A stretch of DNA of 64,000 nt from Antechinus flavipes (taxonomy: Eukaryota). The stretch is taken from NCBI RefSeq assembly GCF_016432865.1, contig NC_067399.1, positions 501,022,001 through 501,086,000 of the forward strand. Direction: 5' to 3'. Both the position numbers and the translations under genes were made by a program. How positions within the stretch are numbered: the stretch's first letter is position 1; every line of letters starts with the position of its first letter. Below the pieces are notes generated by a model. It made no database searches, had not been told where the DNA came from, and saw only the letters and a program-made list of their open reading frames with translations. Shown here piece after piece: positions 1 through 12,879 of this stretch.

Positions 1-1070
1 TCAGTTCTCCATCAGTGTCAAAGGAGGCCTAAAATAAGGTCGCCACAGGTCTTCATCGTGGTCACCAAGGATGCCCAGCCCTCCTCGGAACTGCTGGAGC
101 AGAACTCCCAGGGAGAAAACCCAGACGTTCCTGTCTGCAGGTGAGTTAGTTGATTGCATGAAACTCCTGAAACCTGAATGATTTCCCAAAGAAATCAATA
201 GTGACTCAAAAAACAAAACAAAACAAATAAACCTAACTAACTACACAGAAAAGACCAAAGAGTGGTCTCAGAATTGCTTTCATTGTGAACCCTTTTGAGC
301 AAAAAAAAATTGGGGAAATGCATCTTTCATATATACATATTAACTTATAACAAATTATAACTTAAAAAAATAAAAATAAACAAATTATAAAACCAAGGTA
401 CATATTAACAATTGTGCATATTATGAAACTGATACGAAAATGCAAATTATAAGTGAATGAGATAAAGATAATAAAATGCTTGATTCTCCAGTCAATTGGG
501 AGCCACATGAGTAGGGGAATGTCATTGTTAGATCTGATTAGAAATCTCAATGTGGCAACTATACAATATATTGATTGGAACAGGGAGAGACTTCAAAAAA
601 GAAACCAATTAGGAGGCTATTGCAGTAGTCTGGGGGAAGTCTCAAATAGGTGTGTGAATAGAGAGAAGGAAAAAATATATATGCACTCTGTGGAGGTTGA
701 ATTGATAAGACTTAGCAATGGATTGGATATGTAGGGTAGGGAAGAATGAGGAGTTAATCAAGAGACCGAGGTTGCAATAATGGGTATATAAGCATTTTCT
801 AGTACCTTTAGTAGAAATAGGAAAATTCAAAAGAGTTTAGGAAAAAAGATAATATAAAGAGATCTGGTATACAGCTAACAACTCCCTAATATATGTTTAT
901 TTTGTGCAAAACAAAAACAGAACAAAAAGGGAGACTGCAAGGCTTCTTCAACATTCATTGTCAACTCCAGACATTAGATGATCCAGCCAGCCAAGTATAT
1001 ATAAACTGAAGGCAGGGGGAATTTTTTCTGGCATATCTGCTAATACAGCTTCCAGACTGAGGATAACTTC

Positions 1071-2219
1071 TTTTATTATTAAAACTTTTTTAACTTTCAA
1101 AAGATATGCATGGCTAATTTTTCAACATTAACCCTTGCAAAACCCTGTGTTCCACTCCCCCCCATTCTCCCCACTCTATCCCCTAGATAGAAAGTAATCC
1201 AATATATTTAAATGTGGTAAAAAATATATGTTGAGTCCAATATATGCATACATATTTATACAATTATCTTGCTGCACAAGAAAAATCAAATCAAAAAGGA
1301 AAAAAATGCAAGCAAACAACAACAAAAAGAGTAGTGAGAATGCTATTGTGATCCACCCTCAGTTCCCACAGTCTCTCTCTAAGTGTAGATGGCTCCCTCC
1401 ATTACCCAGGTCTGAATCGTATCATTGTTGGAAAGAGAATTAATCATCAGATAATCTTGTTGTCGCCATATATAATGATTTCCTGTAATGTAATAATGAG
1501 CTCATTTCACTCAGCATCAGTTCATGTAAGTCTCTCCAGGCCTCCCTGAAATCATCCTGCTGGTTGTTTCTTACAGAACAATAGTATTCCATAGCATTCA
1601 TACAGCACAGTTTACTCAGCCATTCTCCAACTGATGGGCATCCACTCAGTGTCCAGTTCCTGACCACTACAAAAAGGGCTGCCACAAACATTCTTGCACA
1701 TGTGGGTCCCTTTCCCTCCTTTAAGATCTCTTTGAGTGGATAGAGCACCAGCCCTGAAATTAGGAGGACCTGAATTCAACTCTGGCCTCAGACACTTACT
1801 ATGTCCTAGCTGTGTGACCCTGGGCAAGTCACTTAACCCCAATTGCCTCAGCAAAAAAAATAAAAAATAAAATAAAATCTCTTTGGGATATAAGCCCAGT
1901 AGTAACAGTACTGGATCAAAGGGTATGCACAGTTTGATAACTTTTTGAGCATAGTTCCAAAGTGCTCTCCAGAATGGCTGGATGTGTTCACAATTCCACC
2001 AACAATGTATCAGTGTCTCAGTTTTCCCGCATCCCCTCCAACATTCGTCGTTATCTTTTCCTGTCATCTTAGCCAATCTGACAGGTGTGTAGTGGTATCT
2101 CTGGGTTGTCTTAATTTGCATTTCTCTGATCAATAGTGATTTAGAGCACCTTGTCATGTGACTAGAAATGGTTTTAATTTCTTCATATCAACTCTTTGTT
2201 CATATTCTTTGACCATTTA
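1071..2219 (-). mobile_element. 5'-truncated L1 (ORF2 3' end plus 3' UTR)
   Basis: Translations EMQIKTTQRYHYTPVRLAK / CWRGCGKTETLIHCWW are L1 ORF2 C-terminus; TSD gaggataa(c/g)ttc at 1059-1070 and 2220-2231. Confidence 0.92.
1735..1876 (+). mobile_element. tRNA-derived marsupial SINE (WSINE1-like) nested in L1
   Basis: gtggatagagcacc...ctgtgtgaccctgggcaagtcacttaacccc, A-rich tail, TSD atctctttg at 1726-1734 and 1877-1885. Confidence 0.88.
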
Positions 2220-2691
2220 GAGGATAAGTTCCAAGGGCCTTGAAGAGCCTATGCCTGGAATAAAAGAAATGTGGGAACTTTCATAGTTTTGGGATAATAC
2301 TAGCAGGAGGAGGCAAAGTGGAGACATTATAAGCAATACTAGATAAAAGAGAGTAATGGGGTAATGTTGGAGATGAGCCCTATGACGGGTTATCACAGGG
2401 AAGGTAGGATAAGATACATATTCCCACCTTCCAATTAGTTCTAGACTTTGATTGAGTTGGATGGACAATCCATAGAGCCTGCCTTTTAATACATATATCT
2501 TAGATAGATACTGCAAGTGGACGATAAAATGTACCAGAATAAAATAGAACAGCTTATATTTCATTTGAAAAATGGTACAATGCTTTCTTTTAATGACTAC
2601 AAGTTTGTTCTTAAAACAAAAGCCATCATTTGAAACATCAGCATTCTTTTGATGATGCTATGTGACTGTCAGTTATGGAATATCACAGTTT

Positions 2692-2843
2692 TTTTTTTGT
2701 TTTTTTCCCCTGAGGTAATTAGGGTTAAGTGACTTGCCCAGGTCACACAGCTAGGACATATTAAATGTCTGAAGTCAAATTTGAACTCAGATCCTCCTGA
2801 CTTCAGGGCTGGTGCTTTAGCTACTGAGCCACCTAGCTACCCC
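2692..2843 (-). mobile_element. WSINE1-like SINE
   Basis: Reverse copy of the same SINE, TSD cacagttt at 2684 and 2844. Confidence 0.85.
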
Positions 2844-3299
2844 CACAGTTTCTAAAAAACTAAAACTGAGCATAACCCAAAGGACAAAGAAAAAGCACAT
2901 ACTGAACCTGAGCAGGCCACAAGCCATTACCAATGAGGGTTTATGTAAGAGAAGGGATTAAAAAAAAAAAAAAGGATATTATCAGGAAAAAAATGTATGC
3001 TTGAGATAGGATGATCAAGTATCAAGTTCAAGGAATAACCCATGGTTGGACCATGGGCTCCACTGCTATCGGTATATACACAATCTCAAGTAAATGCTAG
3101 AAAAGTCCTCAATCCTAAAGAACATCCCCTCATTTTCATTTATTTGCCTGTATTTTGTCTACAATATTTTATCTCGACTTCTCTGTAGAGTTCTTTACAA
3201 ATACTATCTCATTTTATCCTCACAACAACTCTGGAAGGTAAGTGCTATTATCATTCCCATTTTACAGATGAGGGAACTGAAGTTGCAATAGTTTAAATA

Positions 3300-5430
3300 G
3301 GGGCAACTAGATGAGACAGTTCCAGGGAGACAGTTAAGAGAAAGAGAGATGTTTGAATGCAGGACTGGCAGTTGTTTGAGGAGAAAAATGAATCAGGTAT
3401 ATTGTAAAGGTAGAATACAAATAAATTTGGGAGGTAGAATTGACAAGTCTTTTCAAATGATTAGAGTATTGGGGTGAAAGAGAAGGAAAAGTCAAGGATG
3501 ACTGAGATTGAAAAACTTGGATCATTTGAAGTGCTGATCCCAACAGAAAGGAAAGTAAGGAATGAAGATAGGAGAAGATGGAGAATTCTGTTTTAGACAT
3601 GTGGAGTTTGAGATGTAGATAAAAATCCAGTTGCTTCAGAAACATCATCTAGGAATTTTTCTCATGAAAAATCATCATGGTCCATGGATATGCTTAGCAA
3701 GAATTTGGATGAATTTCTAGAATAATGAACACTAGGAGAGAGAGTTTGTAGGTTATATGAAAGCATTTTCTCCTTTCTACATTACTATATAAATATTTCC
3801 CCAAACTCTTGCCCCATTTCTTTCATTCATTCAACATGCTTTAATTAAGTACCTGCCATATGCTAGATCCTGGAGGTGAAAATATAAAAACAAAGCAATC
3901 CTTGCCCTCAAGGAGCTGGTGTTCTGCTGAAGGAGAAGCAATGCTCACAGAGAGAATTCAATATAATATGTCATATAGAGAAAATAAATTGTGAAGATCA
4001 ATTCTGTGGTGAAGATCAAATGAGGAAATATATGTAAAGCCTTTGCAAACTTTAGAGACTATAAAATGTCAATTATTATTATGTTAATCCCAGTCGGAAG
4101 GGAAACACACATCTTTGAAAGTACCAGCTTATACTAAAGAGCTTAGAGATAGGGAAAAAAAGCCAAGTCCTCTTTGGGGCTTCTCTCTGCAGAGAATGGA
4201 AATTCTAGGCCCTAGATAATGAGCTTTAAATGCTGTGACAATAGAGAGAAGAAAAGTTGCATAATTAAAAGTGGAATGACTCACTGGTATCCACTCCAAA
4301 TGCTTAGTCATTGCCCATTCTGTAAAAAAAATGAACCAAAAAAGCAATTGTCAGTACTCATTCTTTCATGCCTTACAGTATTGGTGGTTGTTGAGTAGTT
4401 TGCTTTTTTTTTTCCCCAGGTGTCAGATATTTTTCTAGTTAAAGAAGGCCAGTTTGGGTAAAGAGGGGAGCCCCAGGATTCTTTGTAGGCTACCTCCCTG
4501 GGACCAGCTTCGTTGAGCTCACTGGGAGAATTCCCCAAACCTTGACTACCTTCTTTCATTCATATGACATGCTTCTATTAAACACCTGCTATGGAAAAGG
4601 TTCTGTGTAAGGTCCTGGGAATGAAAATATGAAAATAAAACAATTCCTGCCCTTGAGGAACTGGCATTCTGACAAAAGAAAGGCAAAATTCATAAGGAAA
4701 AATGCATATAATATATGATATAGATGAAATAAATACAAAGTAATTTGATGGGAAAGAGCATCAATACCTGGAAAGAGTCGTGAAGAACCCCCTGTAGGAG
4801 ATGGCAGTGAAAATGACCCTTGAAGGAAACCAGGATTTCTAAGGGGCAGAGGTGGAGTGAGTACATTCCAGGTGTGGGGGATGTTTTCTTGCAAAGGTAC
4901 AGAGTAGGAGGAACAGCATGTTCTGATCAGGGAGACAAGAAGGCCAGTTTGGCTGGAACGTAATGGATGAGAGAGGAGTTAAGTTATAGCCACATAATGA
5001 GTTTACAAACTAAACAGTTCATTTTATCTCAGAAGCAGCAAAGAGCCAGTGGCATTTTTTTTTTCCAACAGAGAGGTGAGATGCTCAGACATGTGCTTTA
5101 TTGTCTGTCAGCTGTGTGGAAGATGTTCTGAAAAGAAAAGACTGTTAGGAGGGTATTGCAATAGTCCCTGTGAAAAGTGAGAAGTGTCTAAACTAGGAGG
5201 GCAGCTATATGAGTAGGAAAGCTGGGGGGTGCAGAGGATAAAGCACTGGGCTTGGAATCAGGAAGACTCCTCTGAGTTAAAATCTATTCTCAGACACAAG
5301 CTGTGTGACCCTTGGTGAGTCCCTTAACCCTATTTACCTCAGTTTCCTCACCTGTAAAATAAGCTGCAGAAGGAAATGGCAAACTGCTCCAGTATTTTTG
5401 CCAAGAAAACCCCAAATGGGGTCTTTAAGT
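3300..5430. repeat. Old L2 and MIR/MAR1-type fragments
   Basis: ttcattcattcaaca...aagcacctactatgtg and ccctgccctcaaggagct L2 motifs; MIR-like cores. Boundaries approximate. Confidence 0.6.
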
Positions 5431-6722
5431 ATTGAAAAGCCCAGATAAGAGAGGTATTATAGACGCTGCATTGATCAAAGTTGATAACTGTTGGGATGTG
5501 AGGGCCAACGAGAGCAAAGAGCCTGATATCTGATTAGTTTCACAAGTCCCATCACAGCAACTCTGCCTCTTCTTATTGAACATGATCCATGATCCTTCAG
5601 TTTTGAAGGGGCAGCAAGATTTCCACTTATTTATTTCCTATTTCTTGTTAGCCATGTCAATTTGCTTGGCCATTGATTCTTTCTGTCTCTCACCCCATAA
5701 GACATCCCTGAATCTCATATGGACTTTAAAAGTTTCTGTTTCGTACTGCTAACATTAGTCTCAACATAGTTCCAGCAACCATCCATATTCTAACATGTTC
5801 TAAAGTTAGAGCCTGTCAATGGAATCAGCTCATGAATAGAAATGGAAAAGGGGTGAAGCAGTATTGAAAAGCAAAAAGCTTATATGTAAAAGCATTGTCA
5901 GGAGAATGTGAATTAGGGAGAATAGGACCTAAAAGTCTGCATTAAACCAATATTGACTGTAAGATTCTGTTGATTATATTTCTGGTCATTGACCAACTTT
6001 TTGTGTGTGAGGTATGAAGAATATAGCATTAAGGCCTCAGTTGTATTGTAACAAGTAAATAACATAAGGGCAGCATCCTGGTCTAAAGTCCTTGTTCTCT
6101 GGACAACTCAAATTAAAACCCTCATTAGTCTTTCTTGAATTGAAGTCTTTATTTCAAAGAGGGAACTTAAATCCTTCAGACTAAGAGTTTGTCTAAGTGT
6201 AGAAACATCTTTTGGTTTAATCTAATCCTTAGAGATATCTCTTTGTTCATCTTTGACCAAATTGAAAGGGAAATCTTTAGAGGAAGCGGTATAGCAAATG
6301 TTCTCTCTCAAGGTATCCTCCATTTATATCACTATGGTTTTACTTAGTAACTCTAAAACTCTTAATTTCATTTATGTGTCTTCTTTTTACTTTGCTTTGG
6401 AATTTTGTCTTTGGGTTCACAATTACTATAATTGTTCAAGGACTAGGACCATGCCTTGAATACAAATTACTCTGGCTCTCATTGAGTGACCAATAATAGA
6501 TCCCAAGCTAAGCCACACTTGGTCATAGTTTAGAGTCTAAAAAGAGATGAAAAATTGTTGATGAGACTATTCAAAGCTTGCAGGAATTATTGGATTCCTG
6601 GCACATGAACTAATAGATAATGGATTCCTTTTGGACTATTTCTAGGACTTATGGACATGTATAAATTCTCATGTTGATTCATGTTATTTGTTACATTACT
6701 ACTAGCCTGTGTTATATTGGGC

Positions 6723-6914
6723 CAGGGGTCCTCAAACTTTTTAAATAGGGGGCCAGTTCACTGTCCCTCGGACTGTTGGAGGGCCGGACTATAGTAAAAA
6801 CAAAAACTTTGTTTTGTGGACCTTTAAATAAAGAAACTTCATAGCCCTGGGTGAGGGGGATAATCGTCCTCAGCTGCTGCATCTGGCCTGCAGGCCGTAG
6901 TTTGAGGACCCCTG
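6723..6914. mobile_element. 192-bp non-autonomous hAT transposon, OposCharlie1 (OC1)-type MITE
   Basis: Perfect 16-bp TIRs CAGGGGTCCTCAAACT (6723-6738) and AGTTTGAGGACCCCTG (6899-6914); family assigned from remembered TIR. Confidence 0.85.
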
Positions 6915-7240
6915 CTAGACCCTGATTGGCTTGGAGAAAATGTAAATAGCAATTGTTTCTGTTTTGAAACCCACAGGGTCTTCCCCGCTCAGATTGATTT
7001 TTTTTTTTTTTTGACTTGGTAAAAGAAATTCTCTGCTTCATTTTTTCACATAGCTTTAATCACTGATTGGGCATTATCTCAGTCAAACTGAAATGTGTTA
7101 AAAACCTTACCTTACAAAGGCCAAAGCCTCCCACTATCATCTAGGGTCATGTCTAGTCATCCTGATCTTTATCTTTCCACTGGACCCAGATGATTCTGGA
7201 AGAGAAAGTGAAGCAGATGGCTTAGCACAATCCTCCCATG
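6915..7240 (+). repeat. Marsupial RTE-related SINE (WallSI/Mar3-like) hosting the MITE; second copy on minus at about 13900-14180
   Basis: aaatagcaattgtttctgttt...gggtcttcccc...cagattgatttt aligns in reverse with 13900-14180. Confidence 0.55.
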
Positions 7241-7660
7241 GGATTCTTCATGACCCCATTGGGGTTTTCTTGGCAAAGATACTGAAGCGGTTTACCATTT
7301 CCTTCTGCAACTTATTTTACAAATGAGGAAACTGAGGTAAAAGGGACTCACCGAGGATACCACACAGCTAGTGTCTGAGAGATTTTAACTCATCGAGGAG
7401 TCACAAACAACAGCTACAAAATGTAATTTGTAAATTGCTTAGGCAGAGAAAGAATTCTGATTATCAGGGTGATTTCTTCCAGCATGAATCTATCTTCAAA
7501 ACTAAAATGTTTGTTGACAGACTTGGGTTAAATTATAATGTACAGAATTTTTCTTCTGTAGGGGAAAGTTCCCCATAATCTAACCCCTATCGAAATGAAA
7601 ATCCTTTTTCTAACAACCAACCTCTCTTTAAGCATCACCATACCTTTTACTTGATTTCTG

Positions 7661-7953
7661 GTTGTTTTTTGAGACTAAAACTGGGGTACCTTATCTCACC
7701 CAGGCTGGAAGCACAGTCATTCACAGCCTTACTGCACTCTTATTCAATATGGAAGCTTTATTCCACTTCCTCAGTTTAGTTTGCTCTTTCTTCAGCAGCC
7801 TGATGGTCCCCCAGCCTCAGATGCTCACCATTTTAGCATTGAGCTTCGTGTGATACCCAATCAACTTAGCCGACTTCAGTTTAGAACTCCTGAATTCAAG
7901 TGACCCACTAGCTTCAGCTGCTCCAATAGCAGGCATTAGAATATACCTCCACC
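7661..7953 (-). pseudogene. Degenerate full-length 7SL (SRP RNA) retrocopy
   Basis: Reverse complement follows 7SL collinearly through Alu and S domains (e.g. atggtgagcatctgaggctgggggaccatcaggctgc vs ATGGTGACCTCCCGGGAGCGGGGGACCACCAGGTTGC; ccagcctggg; gtctc plus A-tail). Confidence 0.85.
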
Positions 7954-8741
7954 AACTGTGAACGAACCCAACCATTCTGGAGAGCAATCTGGAATTATGC
8001 CCAAAAAGTTATCAAACTGTGCATACCCTTTGATCCAGCAGTGTTTCTATTGGGCTTATACCCCAAAGAGATACTAAAGAAGGGAAAGGGACCTGTATGT
8101 CCCAAAATGTTTGTGGCAGCCCTGTTTGTAGTGGCTAGAAACTGGAAATTGAATGGATGCCCATCAATTGGAGAATGGCTGGGTAAATTGTGGTATATGA
8201 ATGTTATGGAATGTTATTGTTCTGTAAGAAATGACCAGCAGGATGAATACAGAGAGGCTTGGAGAGACCTACATGGACTGATGCTAAGTGAGATGAGCAG
8301 AACCAGGAGATCATTATACACTTCGACAACGATACTGTATGAGGATGTATTCTGATGGAAGTGGATCTCTGACAAAGACTCAGTTTCAATTGATAAATGA
8401 TGGACAGAAGCAGCTACACCCAAAGAAAGAACACTGGGAAACGAATGTGAACTATTTGCATTTTTGTTTTTCTTTTCGAGTTGTTTTTACCTTCTGAATC
8501 CAATTCTCCCTGTGCAACAAGAGAACTGCTCGGTTCTGCAAACATATAGTGTATCTAGGATATACTGCAACATATCTAACATATATAGGACTGCTTGCCA
8601 TCTAGGGGAGGGAGTGGAGGGAGGGAGGGGAAAAATCGGAACAGAAATGAGTGCAAGGGATAATGTTGTAAAAAAATTACCCTGGCATGGATTCTGTCAA
8701 TATAAAGTTATTATAAAATAAAATAAAATATTAAAATATAT
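7954..8741 (+). mobile_element. 5'-truncated L1 inserted into the 7SL copy
   Basis: L1 ORF2 end (LGLYPKEI...), 3' UTR, A-rich tail; 13-bp TSD atatacctccacc at 7941-7953 and 8742-8754. Confidence 0.92.
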
Positions 8742-9469
8742 ATATACCTCCACCCCTGGTTATTTGTTGTTAAATATAGTGAAATTCCATTTTAAAAAAT
8801 TTTGAAATCATCCTAAAAAAATCTTCACTTTGTGAAAGGAGAATTCCTCCTAGACCACTACATATACTAAATGTTGAAGAAAAATAAATTTTTACTCTGG
8901 ATGCAAGCCAACAACTTCCTTTATTGAGCCCTGTGTTTTTATATTCATGGCGATAACTCCAAGCTTGAAAGAATCTGAATTTAAATCCTGGCCTTTATAC
9001 TTATGAACTGCATAACTCTGGGTAAGACATTTATCTGTGTCAGACCTTGGTTTCCTCATATGCAAAGAAGTTTTGGATGTGATGACCTCCAAGGTTCTTT
9101 TTAGCTCTAAATCTGTGATCTATGATGATATTATGAACATCAAGGGTACAATAGACTTTCATCAAGGGTACAATAGACTTTTTTGCACAAAATTTAGTCT
9201 AGGTATTTGGAATTTAATTCTGTTAACAGAAGTTGTGGTTTCCAAAAATTATTTCTGGGCTATGTGAAAATCTGCTTAAAGGTGTATCATCAAAAAAATA
9301 AATAAATAAATTCCTAACAAACTCTTTAGAAAGAAAAATCTAGAATAAGGTAAATAAAGGCAACTGTTTTTCTTCTCTGCCCCCCCCCCCCGCTTAAAAG
9401 TAGAAAAACTACTTTTCTAAAAAGCAGGTAGTTTTCCCATATTGGATTATTTTCTTTTGTCAGATTAGA

Positions 9470-9755
9470 TGTTTCTGTTCCAATCATTCTAAAGAGCAAT
9501 TTGGAACAATGCCCAAAGGAGCTTTAAAAACTGTGCATACCCTTTCATTTAGCAGTGTCTCTATTGGGTCTATATCCCAAAGAGATCATAAAAGAGGGGA
9601 AAGGACCCACATGTGCAAAAATGTTTCTAGCAGCCCTTTTTGTAGTGGAAAAGAACTGGAAATGAGTGGATACCCATCAGTTGGGGAATGGCTGAATAAG
9701 TTATGGTATGTGAAGGTTATGGAATATTATTGTTCTATAAGAAATGATGAGCCAT
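9470..9755 (+). mobile_element. Older L1 ORF2 3' fragment
   Basis: Homologous to the other L1 fragments (GYPSVGEWLNKLWY..MEYYCSIRND). Confidence 0.8.
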
Positions 9756-10485
9756 GAGAGCAACATAATATAGTGAACAAGACACTCAGAAAAACACCAT
9801 GGTATAGTGAATAAAAGATTTTGCCTAAGAGTCAGAAAGAATCCAGTTTCAGTTCTAGTCCTACCTTTGATATTAGCTGGTTGTGTGACACTAGGAAAGT
9901 CATTTACCTTTTCAGTACTTCTGGCAACTAACTGTTAGAAACAGATGCCAATTGTGGAGCAAGTATGAATCTATGTTGGCAGAGGATGTTCCTTACCAGG
10001 AGCTTCCTACATTTATATTACATTTAAATGACATAAAAAATTATTATTTTTAAAAATTATTTATGTTGCTTTTACAATATCCTTTAAAAATTCTATTTTA
10101 ATTCTTAAATTTGATTACAATGCACCTAATGTATGTATATAGTATTACATGTATGTTTATTATTAAATAAATAAATATCTTTATGTTGAGAGTATATATT
10201 CAATTTTTTTAAATGATCAAAAAAGATAGGAATTTGAAAACCACTGTCCTTTAAGCAATGATCTCATAAAACCTGTAGAAGAAAAATTATTCATCCCAGA
10301 GATATCAGCACCATCTAGTGGTAGAAAAATACATCACACTCATGCTAAAAGTTCATGCAAAGCTCAAAAAGGTTTCCTTTCAGATAAATGGAAAGTTTTT
10401 TCAGCAGCTTCCTCAATATTGAAAGCATTTCTAATTCTCAAGCTATGTTTTGCCATTTTCTGAGGCATAAATGCTCATGCTGAAA

Positions 10486-11368
10486 TTCTTTTTTTAGCTT
10501 TTTATTTACAAGTTATATGCATGGGTAATTTTACAGCATTGACAATTGCCAAACCTTTTGTTCCAATTTTTCCCCTCCTTCCTCCCATCCCCTCCCCTAA
10601 ATGGCAGGATGACCAGTAGATGTTAAATATATTAAAGTATAAATTAGATATACAATAAGTATACATGTCCAAACCGTTATTTTGCTGTACAAAAAGAATC
10701 AGACCCTGAAATAGTGTACAATTAGCCTGTGAAGGAAATAAAAAATGCCAGCAGACAAAAATATAGGAATTGGGAATTCAATGTAATGGTTCTTAGTCAT
10801 CTCCCAGAGTTCTTTCCCTGGGTGTAACTGGTTCAATTCATTACTGCTCCATTGGAACTGATTTGATTCATCTCATTGCTGAAGATGGCCACGTCCATCA
10901 GAATTGATCATCATACAGTATTGTTGTTGAAGTATATAATGATCTCCTGGCCTTGCTTGTTTCACTCAGCATCAGTTCGTGTCTCTCCAAGCCTCTCTGA
11001 AATCATCCTGTTGGTCATTTCTTACTGAACAATAATATTCCATAACATTCATATACCACAATTTATTCAGCCATTCTCCAATTGATGGGCATCTACTCAC
11101 TTTCCAGTTTCTAGTCACTACAAAGAGGCCACAAACATTCTTGCATATACAGATCTTTTCCCCTTCTTTATGATCTCTTTGGTCTATAAGCCCAGTAGTA
11201 ACACTGCTGGATTAAAGGGTATGCACAGTTTGATAACTTTTTGAGCATAGTTCCAAATTGCTCTCCAGAATGGCTGGATGTGTTCACAATTCCACAAACA
11301 ATGTATCAGTGTCCCTGTTTTCCCACATCCCCTCCAACATTCCACATTATCTTTCCCTGTCATTCTAG
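10486..11368 (-). mobile_element. 5'-truncated L1
   Basis: L1 ORF2 C-terminus and 3' UTR; TSD tcatgctgaaa at 10475-10485 and 11369-11379. Confidence 0.92.
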
Positions 11369-12879
11369 TCATGCTGAAAATTTAACAATCAGCTCTTGAA
11401 TCAGCTGACTTTATTATAACCCAATTTGGAACAATTTAGATTTTAATTAATTCTAACATGTAAGTTATCATAACTTTTCAGTTATTCTCTCTCTAGGTCT
11501 CCATTGTACATTTTTTTTGGTACATATATTCTCCTTCACTTATTTTCTTATATGGTCTCAGTACATAATTTGGTTTTTTGTCATTATTCATTATTTCATG
11601 AAAGTTGTTCCAAATTTCTTTGTATTTCTCAAACTTACCAATCTAAATAATATCATAATAATGTGTCACTCTTGTTTTAACCTTTTCCTTATAGTGTTTT
11701 TTAGAATTATATATAATGCTGTTCTGAAAATTTTTGTATGGGCATCAATTTTGTTTCCAATAACATTTTCAGGGCTTATTTCCAGCCATGAAATCATCAA
11801 ATCACAAAGTGATGATATTTGTAACTTTAATTGCATCCTGAGAGATGAACTATATTAACTCTTTACTTTTCCCTTCAGGACAGTCATTGGAAGGGCCTGA
11901 AAGAAACAATTCTCTTTGGTAAAAATACATGTGTATTGTACTGGGCCTTAAATGATTTATAGGAGTTAGAAAAATAATATGCTTTGCCATTTAAATACTT
12001 AATTAATATTTGAAAAATTGAATTTGATGAAATGTTAAATTGAAAAATGGGAGCATCATGGGAGCAAGAGTAGGGCAACAGCATGAATAAATGGTGAGCC
12101 TAGACTAAGAATGTCACAGTTTGGGTCAGAAAAGAGACTGCCTAGCTTTAGTGGGGAAGGGTATTCATGTTAGAGAGTAGTAGAAGATACAAAGAGCATT
12201 CATTATAAATGAGCATTTAGGAAGTCCCTGAAATATAGTTTTCTGTATGAGTTAGAAAGTATAGTCATTTCCTATTTAAAGTGATACTATTAGATAGGGA
12301 TTGTGACTAGGATAATCTAATCAGATAACCTAGTTTCATATTTGATTTAGGGATACATGATGTAATGTATTTGGGCACCACATTTCTTAATTATGTTTTG
12401 TTTATTAAATTAGTTTCCACTCCCTGAGCAAACACCACAGCTGAAAGTTGAAGGAAGTTTACCCAGATGGTGGGGGAAGCAGCCAACCTGGCAGTGAAAA
12501 TGGATTGTAGGTAATCCATGTGTAGACAATTGAGAATTAATTGTACATTAAAACATTATTCTTGTTTACCAGGAGCCCACATACTAAAAGTTGTCTCCAT
12601 GTTTATTAGATAAGATGAATAGTCTGTTCCTCTATCCATCTTCATTTATACTCTACATTATATAGCCTCTACAAGAGGCTGGAGGGACATGCCTGACACA
12701 GTTAAGAAAAAAAAAATAACCTATCATGTTTTAGTTTAGCTTAAAACATAAAGTGAGAATTAGAGCATTTTAGAGCATGTTTCAATTATATTCTTTTAAA
12801 AAGGAGATTCAATGTGTTGTGATTGAAATTCTGAGAATAAGGAAAATTAAAGCAAAGAGTTTTGAAAATGATCAATTTA

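Noticed and set aside
1-216. Minus-strand ORF with VWVFSLGVLL, reminiscent of kinase subdomain IX
   Set aside because: No flanking kinase motifs and it stops within the window; resemblance too short.
1440-2157. ORFs of 102-181 aa (also 8041-8355, 9509-9757, 11184-11372)
   Set aside because: Frameshifted L1 ORF2 C-terminal fragments, not host genes.
5460-6440. Possible decayed integrase/pol remnant
   Set aside because: Only faint, frameshift-dependent motif resemblance; no defensible alignment.
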